DNA of 64,000 nucleotides from Nitrospinaceae bacterium (GCA_965237905.1 OZ250172.1:2528001-2592000); one strand, 5' to 3'; shown: positions 49,425 to 59,596, numbered from the stretch's first letter. The notes: generated from the letters alone by a model not told the origin. Made by a program: numbers and translations.

Positions 49425-50399
49425 ATGATGAACAAACTCCGAACCATTTTTCACCCGATTTTTGTTTTTATCGGGGTCCAGATTGCCTGGATTATTTTGA
49501 TGGGCATTTGGATCAACTGGTATATCCAAAACCGCCGCGATTTTGCGGAGTTTGCCAAGAGCATCCAACCGGAGCTGTTCGATACCGATTTGAACTGGGT
49601 GATCCTGCTGGAAGGCTGTTTTTTGATGATCGTCATTCTGGCAGGTGTCCTGTTGATTTTTGTGTTCTGGGGCAAACAGGCCCGGTTGAACCGTCTGCAG
49701 AGCAATTTTGTTTCCAGCGTGTCGCACGAACTGAAATCCCCCCTGGCCTCCATCCAACTTTACCTCGAAACTATGAAGCTTCAGGAGGTGTCGCCGGAGG
49801 AAGCTCAGGATTTTGTGGAGACCATGCTGACCGATACTGAACGTCTCTCAAGTTTGATCGATAATATTCTGGAAGCCAGCGGGGCCGATCCCAAGGGTCT
49901 ACAGTTGCATTTTCAGCCTGTGGAGTTGAAGCCTTTTTTGGACGAAGTGTTGGAGGGGCATCAGCGGCGCTTTGCCGAAAAAGGAATACAGGTCCATCTT
50001 GAGGTTCAGGATTACCCGACATTGCAGTTGGACAAGCGGGCTATGAAGATGGTGTTTAATAATCTCATTGGCAATGCGTTACGATATTCCCCCGATGGCA
50101 GTGTCTTCACCATTCGAGTGAAAGAAAACGGAAAGTTTTGTAGTATCGATTTCATCGATGCCGGAATGGGGTTGAGCGACAAGGATTGCAAAAAAGTGTT
50201 CGGGAAATTTTACCGCGTGCAGAATAAAGAGACTCAGAATATCGAAGGAGCCGGCCTGGGCCTGTACCTTACCCGGGAAATTGTAAAAAATCACAAAGGT
50301 AAAATAAAGGCAGCCAGCAAAGGTCGAGGCAAGGGTACGACTTTTACGGTTTCTCTGCCCATGAACGGAGCAGCCCTGGAATCTAAAAATGAAATATAA
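49425..50399 (+). CDS. Sensor histidine kinase
   Basis: Two TM segments; SHELKSPL H-box, NLIGNA N-box, D.G.G, GAGLGL. Confidence 0.95.
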   Translation: MMNKLRTIFHPIFVFIGVQIAWIILMGIWINWYIQNRRDFAEFAKSIQPELFDTDLNWVILLEGCFLMIVILAGVLLIFVFWGKQARLNRLQSNFVSSVSHELKSPLASIQLYLETMKLQEVSPEEAQDFVETMLTDTERLSSLIDNILEASGADPKGLQLHFQPVELKPFLDEVLEGHQRRFAEKGIQVHLEVQDYPTLQLDKRAMKMVFNNLIGNALRYSPDGSVFTIRVKENGKFCSIDFIDAGMGLSDKDCKKVFGKFYRVQNKETQNIEGAGLGLYLTREIVKNHKGKIKAASKGRGKGTTFTVSLPMNGAALESKNEI

Positions 50400-50410
50400 A
50401 CTTCAGAGAT

Positions 50411-51127
50411 ATGATGAGCACAGAAACTAAAATTTTATTGGTGGAAGATGAGAAACATCTCGCCAAGGGACTTTCGTATAATCTGGGAAAAGAAGGGTAT
50501 CAAGTCACCGTGGCGGAAGACGGCTTGGCGGCTCTCGAGCGTTTGGGAGAAGGTGATTTCGACATGATGATCCTGGATCTCATGCTTCCCAAACTGGGAG
50601 GCCTGGAGGTCATCAAAAAAGTACGCGAAACCAATATTCGTTTTCCTATTTTAATGCTGACTGCCAAAACCACCGACGAGGACCGCACCTTCGGTCTCGA
50701 AGCGGGGGCCGACGATTACATTGCCAAGCCGTTCCATCTTCCAGAACTTTTGCTACGGGTTAAAGGCATCCTAAGGCGCAAGGATTGGTATCAGGAGCCC
50801 GTTCGCAAACTGGAATATTATGAATTCGGCAATATGTGGGTGGATTTCAACACGGGCAAAGCCAAGGGGTGTGATGAGGAGTTTTACCTGACGTCTAAGG
50901 AAGTGCGGGTGATGAACCTGCTGATCGTCAACCGGGGCAAAGTGGTCTCGCGCGAGGAATTATTGGAAAAAGTCTGGGGCTACAGCCCCAACACTGAAAC
51001 GCGTACGGTTGACAATTTTATTTCACGCCTCCGGAAATACTTCGAAAAGAAGCCGCAAAGTCCGCGTTATATTGTCACCGTGCGGGAAAAGGGATACCAG
51101 TTCAACGAAGCCTCTGTCAAAAATTAA
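50411..51127 (+). CDS. OmpR/PhoB-family response regulator
   Basis: LVEDE, LDLMLP, GADDY..KPF, RTVDNFISRLRK. Confidence 0.95.
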   Translation: MMSTETKILLVEDEKHLAKGLSYNLGKEGYQVTVAEDGLAALERLGEGDFDMMILDLMLPKLGGLEVIKKVRETNIRFPILMLTAKTTDEDRTFGLEAGADDYIAKPFHLPELLLRVKGILRRKDWYQEPVRKLEYYEFGNMWVDFNTGKAKGCDEEFYLTSKEVRVMNLLIVNRGKVVSREELLEKVWGYSPNTETRTVDNFISRLRKYFEKKPQSPRYIVTVREKGYQFNEASVKN

Positions 51128-52926
51128 AAGGGCAGTTTGAATTTTTTCAATAACGAATCGCCGCCCGGAATTTTTCCCAGTAAAGCTTTTTCCGTAGCCT
51201 GACTCAACAGGTCTTTGGAAGTTCCTTCTTCGTTTTTCAAAACTTTCTTGAAGTCCATCAAGCCTGCTAAGGAACCGTTTGCCTCTGACAGGGGTCCGGC
51301 GGTCGAGGCGGCGATGGACTTTTTCAGATCGGCTTCAAACGTCTTTATCTTTCCATCAAAAAGTTTCTTAACGGATTTGGCCAGGATTTCATCCAGGTCG
51401 GTTTTGATGCTCAGGGTATATTCATCTGGAGTTCCGTTGACCACCCCCTGAATGTAAAACTGATCGATAGATTTCAGAACGTTTCCAAGAACGCGGGACA
51501 TCTCGTTTGTGGCTTCTCCGGTTTGCGTGAATGACGCGCCATGCACCTTGACCGCAAAATTGCCTTTTACGTTTTGTTCGTTCTGAATATCTATTTTTCC
51601 ATTGATGTCTGCAAAGCCCTCGGCCAAAGTCGCCCAATTCCCCAGTGGAACGGGTTTGATTTTCAGGGAATCCACATGCGTTTCCAGAAAATCTGCCGCT
51701 TTTGCCCGGGTCCGGTCCAAAACCAGTTTCAGTTTGAATTGTTTGAATGCTTCGTTTTGGCTTCCCGTGAAGTTGAGATTAAACGGTTTGCCGTAAACTT
51801 TGGGGTCGTTGGTCAGCCCCTGAAAATCGCCCTCCACATCCTGATCCCACACATTCATAGAAAGTTTGGCCTGCCGGATTAAAAAATCAGGAAAAGGGTT
51901 GGGAGAAGCAAACTTTATAAATTGTCCCTTGCCGCGCTCCATTTTTTCCGGTTTCGGTTCCGGTTTAGAGTCGGGATCGCTTTTCAAATAAGGACTGATC
52001 TTTTTGTAATACCCCCACGCTTTGTCGATTTTGGCTTTCAAAGGACCGGAAACCATTTTGCTGATCAGCCCGGTCCCGCCTTTCAGGTCCAGTGAATACT
52101 TTTTTCTCAACCGATCAAAATCTTTTTTGGGCAGATCCTTGATTTGGGAAGCAAGCTTTTGGGCTTGGCGGATGTCAGTTTCCAGGTTCTTCTTGAAATT
52201 TTGGACGGTGTCGATTCGGGTTTGGATATCGTTCCGCAGTGCCTGGATTTCAGTAGTGATCGATTGAATGGCGCGCGGATCTTTCAGGTTTTTGCTTTTA
52301 GCTTGAAGGTCCTTGACGCGTTGCTGGATTTGGGCCAGGCTTTCTTTGCTCAATTGCTGGTCGACTTGAGTTTGCCATTTGGTCTTAAGCGCCTCCAAGT
52401 CACCCTTTGTTTTCTCGACCACTTCCAGAGTTTCCAGCGTTTCATTTTTTAGAATGTCTTTCGGATTTTTGAAATCAAGCCCCTCGGGCATGCCAAACCC
52501 AGACTCCTCTTCGGATTCTCTTCCGGACTCAGATTCCTCGCCTGCGGGTTTGTAAGGTTTTGCGGCCACCTCTCTTTTTTGGTTCAGGCGCAAACCTTCC
52601 AATTTCATGTCATCGATGATCACCTTTTTTGATAACGCTCTGTTGCCATCAAAATCAAATTTGATGCGGCCGACTTGCACCAGGTTTTCATCCAGTTTGT
52701 CGGCGTTCGCGATTTGGAGGTTTCCAATGTCCATCGATTGGGATAGAAGCGAGGTGGACAGAGAGCCAACATCGATCTGCGATTCCATCATGCGGGAACC
52801 TTCCTCTTCAATCGTATCTTTAATGATTGCGTCCAAAAACAATACAAGAAATACGCCGATCAGAACGGTTACAACTACGAAAACAGCGATTCCCTGAATT
52901 CTGAATTTTTTGCTGGAAGGTGTCAT
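51124..52926 (-). CDS. TIGR03545-like AsmA-related membrane-anchored protein
   Basis: N-terminal TM, AsmA-like N-region, coiled coil, RGKG..I.F....P.PDFLI; paired with the upstream membrane protein. Confidence 0.75.
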   Translation of the reverse strand: MTPSSKKFRIQGIAVFVVVTVLIGVFLVLFLDAIIKDTIEEEGSRMMESQIDVGSLSTSLLSQSMDIGNLQIANADKLDENLVQVGRIKFDFDGNRALSKKVIIDDMKLEGLRLNQKREVAAKPYKPAGEESESGRESEEESGFGMPEGLDFKNPKDILKNETLETLEVVEKTKGDLEALKTKWQTQVDQQLSKESLAQIQQRVKDLQAKSKNLKDPRAIQSITTEIQALRNDIQTRIDTVQNFKKNLETDIRQAQKLASQIKDLPKKDFDRLRKKYSLDLKGGTGLISKMVSGPLKAKIDKAWGYYKKISPYLKSDPDSKPEPKPEKMERGKGQFIKFASPNPFPDFLIRQAKLSMNVWDQDVEGDFQGLTNDPKVYGKPFNLNFTGSQNEAFKQFKLKLVLDRTRAKAADFLETHVDSLKIKPVPLGNWATLAEGFADINGKIDIQNEQNVKGNFAVKVHGASFTQTGEATNEMSRVLGNVLKSIDQFYIQGVVNGTPDEYTLSIKTDLDEILAKSVKKLFDGKIKTFEADLKKSIAASTAGPLSEANGSLAGLMDFKKVLKNEEGTSKDLLSQATEKALLGKIPGGDSLLKKFKLPF

Positions 52927-53417
52927 GAATGTTTCCCGTAAAGGTCTAAAACCTTCAAAAATTTTAAAACGGGAAATTTGCCGATGAAGGTATTGTAAAC
53001 GTCCCGGTATTTCACGACCAGAATGTTGAGCAGGAAAAACAGAGGCACCGCAGCAACCAAAGTGGAAATCAGGCTACCCATAACAATCGTGTTGTTCAGG
53101 TTCGCCAGAAGAGATATAGGACAACTGAAAAACTGGGTCCACAACCCTTCCAAACTTTGGGAAGTCAAAATAGCAAAACCCACTTGATGAAATAGGGGAT
53201 CCAAGGCGTAGGCGATGAGGGAAAATAACGCACAGCTGACGATCATCATACTGATATTCAGATTGATCAGAAGAGCCAAAAACAGAACGACCAGATTGTG
53301 GAGACTGAGTAGGGGAGTGAGACCCAGAACCGAACCAAAAATGATCCCCAGGCTGATTTGCCAGGGAGCTTCGTTGGAATTCAGGGCTTTTAAAACTTTC
53401 ATGACCAGACGGAGCAT
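52923..53417 (-). CDS. TIGR03546-like membrane protein
   Basis: LNSN..PWQI..G, LTP..SLHN, NNTIVMGS; ATG at 53417 with GAAGGTGG upstream. Confidence 0.8.
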   Translation of the reverse strand: MLRLVMKVLKALNSNEAPWQISLGIIFGSVLGLTPLLSLHNLVVLFLALLINLNISMMIVSCALFSLIAYALDPLFHQVGFAILTSQSLEGLWTQFFSCPISLLANLNNTIVMGSLISTLVAAVPLFFLLNILVVKYRDVYNTFIGKFPVLKFLKVLDLYGKHS

Positions 53418-53629
53418 GAATCCACCTTCATCAATTAACAGGTTGGAAAAGCGTATTAATTCGGGCGACCCTAAGAAATATTTGCGCAAGTGTACCACAT
53501 CTATTGCCGAGCTAAACCTTTTTGCTTGGATCAATCCAAATCCTTGCTTACCATGGAAGAAAGAGCATTTTAGGACTCTCAAATCTTTATTAAAAAGCCA
53601 CGGGTTAGTCCAAATTAGGTGATTCCGCC

Positions 53630-54295
53630 ATGCCATTAACTCCGAACAAGGGTAAGAAAAAACGCTCCAGGGATTATCTGGAATTTGAAAAGCACCCGGC
53701 TCCCCAAGAGCAGGAGGCGGACCCCGGTGTATTGGGCCAACTCTGGGCCAGGGCCGTGGAACCGGCATCGTATCCCTGGAAACCCGTCCCTTTTTGGGCG
53801 CTGGCGGTGACCTCCGTTTGCTTCGCGTTTTTGATGTATTTACTGAAAACGGATTTGTTAGGACATCATTCCTTTTGGATGAGAGGGTTGCATAGGGTAA
53901 ACTTGGTCTTCCATGAATTCGGCCACCCTGCGTTCAGTTTTTTTGGCCGCACCATGAACATTCTGGGGGGAACGCTCGGACAACTCCTGATTCCTCTGAT
54001 AGTGACCGTGGCTTTCTGGCGGCAACGCGATGCCCTTGGCTGTGCGGTCGGCGGATTCTGGTTTTTTGAAAATTTTCTGGATGTGGCCGTGTATATGGCC
54101 GACGCCCAGGTCCTTATGTTGCCGTTGATCGGCGGCTTGGGGAGCGAAGCCCACGATTGGAGAAATTTGTTCACCATGTGGGGCGTGCTGGATAAGACGC
54201 AGATCATCGCAGGGACGACCAACACCCTGGGTTGGATCGGAATGGTTACCACATGGGCCTGGTTGAGCTGGCGGTGGTTGGGTAGTAAAAAATAA
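53630..54295 (+). CDS. Hypothetical membrane protein with HExxH motif
   Basis: FHEFGH, LGGTLGQLL.P, Y.ADA, HDW; several TM helices. Confidence 0.75.
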   Translation: MPLTPNKGKKKRSRDYLEFEKHPAPQEQEADPGVLGQLWARAVEPASYPWKPVPFWALAVTSVCFAFLMYLLKTDLLGHHSFWMRGLHRVNLVFHEFGHPAFSFFGRTMNILGGTLGQLLIPLIVTVAFWRQRDALGCAVGGFWFFENFLDVAVYMADAQVLMLPLIGGLGSEAHDWRNLFTMWGVLDKTQIIAGTTNTLGWIGMVTTWAWLSWRWLGSKK

Positions 54296-54315
54296 TTGAA
54301 ACGGATTGGATAAAA

Positions 54316-54522
54316 ATGGACCCACATATCGAAAAACTGCTTGTCGCGTTTATGGTACTGATCGAAAAAAACGGAGGCTCCTGCAGTTTGGATACGGAAG
54401 CCTTCAACCGGCTGTTTGAAGTCCGGCATAATAAGGGGATTCAGGTTCGTGAATCGAACGAGTCCATGGTATTCACGATTGGAGATATGCCCGTCAACCC
54501 GGACGACGCCATGCTGAATTGA
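54316..54522 (+). CDS. Small hypothetical protein
   Basis: 68-aa ORF filling the gap between co-oriented genes. Confidence 0.55.
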   Translation: MDPHIEKLLVAFMVLIEKNGGSCSLDTEAFNRLFEVRHNKGIQVRESNESMVFTIGDMPVNPDDAMLN

Positions 54523-54549
54523 GAAAAGGGGCGAACGCCATGCTGGTTT

Positions 54550-55983
54550 ATGGTGCGGTCTAAACTCATCCGATCTCTCTACTTGTACACGGCCCTTTTC
54601 CTGGGAGGCGCTTTGCTGTTGCCGGACCGCCCCGTGGTTGCCGATACGCCCTCTTTTCCTCCTCCCCCCTACAATCCCTCCCGTGATCTCGAAAACTACC
54701 GTTATTTAAGATATCCCCCCCGACACCCGGATTTCTGGGATCGGCTCAAATACATTCCGCTCGGCAAGGCCACGGGAAATTACCTGTCCTTCGGGGGAGA
54801 AACCCGCCAGCACTACGAAAGCATCCGCAACGAAAACTGGGGAGCGACGGTCGAGGACAACAACGGCTGGTACCTGCAGCGCTATTTACTGCACGCCGAC
54901 CTCCACGTGGGACCCTGGCTCCGCGTGTTCTCGCAGATTCAGAGTGGCATCGAAACCGGGCGTTCCGGCGGGCCGCGCGGGGTGGACGAAGACCGGCTGG
55001 ACCTGCATCAATTGTTCCTGGATTACCCCACACTCTCCTCAAGAAATCGGAATTTCACGGTCCGTATCGGCCGACAGGAAATTATTTTCGGTTCCCGCCG
55101 GTTTTTCAATTACCGGGAGCGCCCCAACCTGCGCCTCAGTCACGATGCCGTGAAACTCATGATGAAGGCGGGACACACGGATGTCACCGCGTTTGCCGGC
55201 AGGCCGGTGCAGATCGACCGCGATTATTTTGACAACAATTCCGGCAACGAACATTCCTTCTGGGGCCTGTACTCGGTGACGGATCTGGACGGGCCGTTTC
55301 CGCAAAAGCTGGATGCCTATTACATCGGACTCAACCGCGAACAGGCCCGCTTCGACCAGGGGACCGCCAACGAAATCCGGCACAGCGCCGGTACCCGGCT
55401 CTCGGGAAAACATAGCGCGTTCGATTACAATTTCGAGTTTATGGTTCAGTTCGGGAGTTTTGGAGATTCCACCATCAGTGCCTACGCGGTGGCCTCCGAC
55501 ACGGGATATACCTGGACCTTGGGAGGCGAATCCAAAATCCGCTTCAGCCTGCGGGCCGATATTTACAGCGGCGACGACGACCCGAACGATGCCGACCTCA
55601 ATGCCTTCAACCCGTTTTTCCCGAAAGGCAAACACATCAGCCAACTGGCGGCTACCGGGTTGATCAACCAGCGCGATCTGCATCCCAAAATCAATATCCA
55701 GTTCAACCGGCAATGGTCGCTGACGCTCAGCACGGAATTCATCTGGCGGGACAGTCTGGACGACGGCGTTTATTCCATCGCCAACGGTTTGTTGAGAACG
55801 GGGCAGGCGAGCCGGGCGCGATACGTCGGCACCCAGCCGGAGGTGGAACTCAAATGGCAGGTGGATCGCCATCTCGATATCAAGGGGATTTTCATTTTCT
55901 TCGATGCCGGACCTTTCCTGCGGGAAACCCCGCCCGGGAACGATATCGTTTACCTCGGCACCATGGCGACCTACCGCTTTTAA
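54550..55983 (+). CDS. Alginate export family outer-membrane beta-barrel
   Basis: LKYIPL, LSFGGE.R, RIGRQE, SGDD.P, C-terminal YRF. Confidence 0.85.
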   Translation: MVRSKLIRSLYLYTALFLGGALLLPDRPVVADTPSFPPPPYNPSRDLENYRYLRYPPRHPDFWDRLKYIPLGKATGNYLSFGGETRQHYESIRNENWGATVEDNNGWYLQRYLLHADLHVGPWLRVFSQIQSGIETGRSGGPRGVDEDRLDLHQLFLDYPTLSSRNRNFTVRIGRQEIIFGSRRFFNYRERPNLRLSHDAVKLMMKAGHTDVTAFAGRPVQIDRDYFDNNSGNEHSFWGLYSVTDLDGPFPQKLDAYYIGLNREQARFDQGTANEIRHSAGTRLSGKHSAFDYNFEFMVQFGSFGDSTISAYAVASDTGYTWTLGGESKIRFSLRADIYSGDDDPNDADLNAFNPFFPKGKHISQLAATGLINQRDLHPKINIQFNRQWSLTLSTEFIWRDSLDDGVYSIANGLLRTGQASRARYVGTQPEVELKWQVDRHLDIKGIFIFFDAGPFLRETPPGNDIVYLGTMATYRF

Positions 55984-56327
55984 GGGGACTTGGTATCATT
56001 CCCCTCGTAAAGGATAATCTTCACCTTCTCCTCGGTGATCAGCCCTTCGGTGACGATTGCATCCAGCTTGGGTTTGATCGCGTCGATCTTGGCCTGCGTG
56101 TCGGCCACCTCCACCACGATGGGCAGATCGGTAGACAGTCTTAATATGGAAGTGGTGTGAGCATGGCTGGATTTTCCGAAACCGTCGATGCCCCGCAACA
56201 CGGTCGCCCCCGCCAGTCCTTCCTTCTTAAAAAATTCCACCAGGTATTTGTAGAGATGCTTTCCCTCGTACGTGGCGGACTCGCCGATAAAAATCCTCAA
56301 TAAAATAGCATCGCTTTCTTTTTTCAT
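55980..56327 (-). CDS. DUF190 family protein
   Basis: LRIFIGES, GATVLRGI.GFG, LS.DLP.VVE; usual crcB partner. Confidence 0.93.
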   Translation of the reverse strand: MKKESDAILLRIFIGESATYEGKHLYKYLVEFFKKEGLAGATVLRGIDGFGKSSHAHTTSILRLSTDLPIVVEVADTQAKIDAIKPKLDAIVTEGLITEEKVKIILYEGNDTKSP

Positions 56328-56337
56328 AATCGACTCG

Positions 56338-56706
56338 TTATAGATTCAAGGTGATGATTTTCCCCAGATAAATGGCCAGCAGGGTGAGGGCGACCGAACC
56401 GATGACGTTGACGCTGAACAACAGGTGCTCCTGCTGTTCCAGCAGTTTGAACGACTCGTAACTGAAGGTCGACATGGTGGTGAAGGACCCCAGCAGGCCG
56501 ATGGACAGGAAGATTCGGGTCTCCTCGTTGAAGTATCCCTTAAACTCTGACAGGAACATCACCAGCGCCAGAAAAAAACTGCCGATGAAATTGACCGCCA
56601 GCGTACCCAGGGGAAACGTCACTGCTCCCGCCTGTATCCAGCCGCTGATCCAGTAGCGGAGAACTGCGCCGACGAATCCGCCTATCCCTATCCACAAGAC
56701 AATCAC
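56338..56706 (-). CDS. crcB: Fluoride efflux channel CrcB/Fluc
   Basis: GG..GA.LRY, P.GTL.VN..GSF, G..GSFTTMSTF; GTG start with AGGAG RBS. Confidence 0.93.
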   Translation of the reverse strand: MIVLWIGIGGFVGAVLRYWISGWIQAGAVTFPLGTLAVNFIGSFFLALVMFLSEFKGYFNEETRIFLSIGLLGSFTTMSTFSYESFKLLEQQEHLLFSVNVIGSVALTLLAIYLGKIITLNL

Positions 56707-56793
56707 AGGTTCACTCCTGTCAGGAACATTCCAATCGAAATTTTCCCATGATTTATACACTGTAATCCGGTGAGGGGAAAGCGTTTTAAGGCT

Positions 56794-57387
56794 TCAGGAC
56801 CCCCGGATAGAGCGGAAGCTTTTCGGGGAATAGAATCTTGCGAGTAGATAAGCAAGGGCGCGCGTGGCTCGATGGATGAAATTTTCCGGGCCGGGGACAG
56901 GTTTGACGTGGATGAAGCGCATACCGGCGTCGATGGCCCCGCCGTCGGTGATATAGTTGTCGCCGATCATGCACACCGTCGCCGGGTCGTCCAATTGCAG
57001 GTATTTTTTCATGGCGATTTCGAAGCCGCGCGGGTCGGGTTTCGGAGGAACATCGGTGACGATGGCGACGCCTTCGAACGCCTCAAAACGGTCTTCCATG
57101 GCGTTGGTGTAGATCGCCATGCGCAGGCCGCTGGCGATCATTTTTGCGATATGGTCCCTGACTGATTCGGAAAACACCCGGGTGTGATGCGGCCCCAGCG
57201 TCCCGTCAGCGTCCAATAGAACCCCTTTTATACCATCCGCGGTCAAACGGTCGATAGGGACGTCCTCAAACCGTTTAACGGCCCGGTAAGTCCTCAGACG
57301 TTTCGGCGCAAAGGGCAGGGTGAGAAACCGCTTGATTTTGACCCATTTCAGGCCTTCACGCGGGTGGACAACCTGTGGTGTGTTCAT
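56794..57387 (-). CDS. YqeG-like HAD IIIA phosphatase
   Basis: GIKGVLLDADGTL, KPDP, MIGDNYITD..A. Confidence 0.85.
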   Translation of the reverse strand: MNTPQVVHPREGLKWVKIKRFLTLPFAPKRLRTYRAVKRFEDVPIDRLTADGIKGVLLDADGTLGPHHTRVFSESVRDHIAKMIASGLRMAIYTNAMEDRFEAFEGVAIVTDVPPKPDPRGFEIAMKKYLQLDDPATVCMIGDNYITDGGAIDAGMRFIHVKPVPGPENFIHRATRALAYLLARFYSPKSFRSIRGS

Positions 57388-57555
57388 AGTGGAAGAACCT
57401 CGGGCGGCGACTGATCCCGATTATAGCAGAATTCACTTAACTTTATTAAATTCAACAGGTTCTATAGGGAGGGTATAAAAATTCCTGTTCCGGCCCGTGG
57501 CTACAGCCCTGAGAGGCCGTGCCACTTGATTGGACCAGAAGTTTGTTTGTAAGTA

Positions 57556-58935
57556 TTAGCCTATAACTTCGTTCCACGAAACCACGTTAACGATGGTTGT
57601 AGTACTGGGTACAGTCAAACCGCAGCCATAAGTGATAGTAGAACCACCAGAGATTGAGCTATTCTGCACCAGATTTTCTGTTGAAAAAGACTCATAAGAC
57701 ATTATGGCCCCAGTAATATTGGCACTTCCGCTCAGTTTCAATTGCTCGGTCGCATACAGTATACCGTCGACATTCTGACTCACGTTACCACTGAAGTCGA
57801 GATCGGTACCCGCAACCATAAATAAATTTTGAATATCCGGCGGAAGGTTAGGATCCTTTTTGTTTACGATATGATCATTCCCGGTCATCGCAATGTAGCC
57901 GGTGGCGACAAGGGTGAGCTCCCACTTGTTACCTGGCGTACCCGCGCTACCATTGCTCATATCGGCATTCCCTTCAACATAAAGGAAAGCGTCCTTAGCA
58001 TCATTGCCGTTGTTATTTCTCCATTTTTGTTGGGAGCTTTGATAAGACCAACCTTCCCAGGGAGAAGAGGAGACGAAGGCTCCATTTTTGTCATAGACAT
58101 TGCCGTCTGAGGCGAGTGTGTAATCCGCGTAGGGTTTAAATTCAGTGACGTCCAAAAGGGGGATTGGAATCGCAGCTGCGCCACTTGTAGTCGTTCCATT
58201 AACGGTTGTAGTCCCTTGGGTCGTGGTTCCGGTAGAGGTGGCATCTCCATTAACGGTTGTACTACTATTTCCCATGGTTAAATCACCGTTGGCATGAACA
58301 CTGCCACAAGCTCCAGTTATAGTCGTACCCCCTCCCAAAGGAAGATTTCCGTTAGCCGTGACCGCATTGAGTGGAACTCCAGGAGGATTGTAAACCAGTG
58401 CTTGAACCGTGGTGGTGGTGCCATCAACGACTCCCACGGCGGACAAGAAAATCATATTGTCCTTATCATTCGTCAGGTCGCCATCGCCATCATCGTTGTC
58501 AAAGGCCCGGATATAATAGGTGTTGCCGTTCAAGACCGCCGTGTCATACACAAAGCCATCATCTACGGGTAAGGCGACCGGTGCCGCGAGGCCGAAGGTG
58601 CCGTTATCGTCATTTTCGGAATCACTGGGTGTTGCGGATATAGCGTCATCCGGACCAGCCAGAACCAATCTCAAGGAACTCTCCTCAGCCAGGAATTTGG
58701 CATGCTCCAATCCCGCCTCGGCCAGAAAAAATGCTTCCCGGGTTTCCTTGAAATTACTGGCCCGGTCCATTTCTCTCGTGCTCAATTGCATGGCCGCCGG
58801 CACCAGGCTGATCATGACGACCATGAGGAGCAGGGCCGTAACCATCGCGAACCCGGATTCGTTGTGCAGAGCGCGTCCAGTGGGTATTTTTGTCCCGTTA
58901 GAATGGGTGGTTTCGTTTTTTGATGTCGTTTTCAT
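57556..58935 (-). CDS. PilX-like type IV minor pilin, paralog 1
   Basis: Prepilin site ESG|FAMVTALLL with no Glu5; AF..AEAGLE PilX-N motif; C-terminal SWNE; start set by alignment with paralogs. Confidence 0.85.
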   Translation of the reverse strand: MKTTSKNETTHSNGTKIPTGRALHNESGFAMVTALLLMVVMISLVPAAMQLSTREMDRASNFKETREAFFLAEAGLEHAKFLAEESSLRLVLAGPDDAISATPSDSENDDNGTFGLAAPVALPVDDGFVYDTAVLNGNTYYIRAFDNDDGDGDLTNDKDNMIFLSAVGVVDGTTTTVQALVYNPPGVPLNAVTANGNLPLGGGTTITGACGSVHANGDLTMGNSSTTVNGDATSTGTTTQGTTTVNGTTTSGAAAIPIPLLDVTEFKPYADYTLASDGNVYDKNGAFVSSSPWEGWSYQSSQQKWRNNNGNDAKDAFLYVEGNADMSNGSAGTPGNKWELTLVATGYIAMTGNDHIVNKKDPNLPPDIQNLFMVAGTDLDFSGNVSQNVDGILYATEQLKLSGSANITGAIMSYESFSTENLVQNSSISGGSTITYGCGLTVPSTTTIVNVVSWNEVIG

Positions 58936-59363
58936 AATCTCTCTCGCTATTTCTACCAGGTTGCCATCAGTTTCAACTACGTACCAGAAATTGGGAGTCC
59001 TCAATTCAATCCATGTCATCAGACTCACTACCAGATAATGCAAAACATGAACTAAATCGACAACTTAGGTAATTTATATTGACAGTCGATGTGTATCTAT
59101 TTGCTTTTCAAGCGTTTAAAACTTTAGGAAGTCCAAATTTTCTTTTAGGGTCTCGCTAATATATACCCCAATAGCGTCACAAAATATCCCAATAGTGTCA
59201 CAAATTTGGGACTATTCCCATAATTGAAACACAATTGTTCCGTTTCGGGAATTCGTAAAAAGTAACGTTTTCGGAGTGTTACGGGCATAGAGTGTTACGG
59301 CATAGAAGGGGGCTGATTTGGGGATTTGTCACCGCAGAGGGCGCGGAGAGCTCAGAGAGAACC

Positions 59364-59596
59364 TAATTAACCACAGATAAACACAGATGGACACCGATGA
59401 AACCTAGATCCTTCACGGAGTTTATCCTGAGCCAGCCGAAGGGTTCAGGATGACAAAAAGAATCCCCCTCCTTTTCAAGGAGGGGTTAGGGGTGGTTGAT
59501 ATCAACCCCTCCTCAGTCCTCCCCTTGAAACGGGGAGGTATCATTTGTATCTGTGTTCATCTGTGGTTAATTTGATTTTTATCCTGTGATCCTGTC
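59364..59596. repeat. Composite MITE/REPIN-like element, copy A
   Basis: Inverted TTAACCACAGAT ends; core is the reverse complement of the 61558-61814 core. Confidence 0.85.

Noticed and set aside
52923..53768. Extended ORF starts from the track (53768, 59043, 61227, 47322, 22737, 22558)
   Set aside because: Extensions overlap other genes, promoters or repeats; downstream ATGs fit RBS position and family N-termini better
57488..57540. c-di-GMP or other known riboswitch
   Set aside because: It lies 3' of the pilin genes in all three copies and lacks recognisable aptamer consensus
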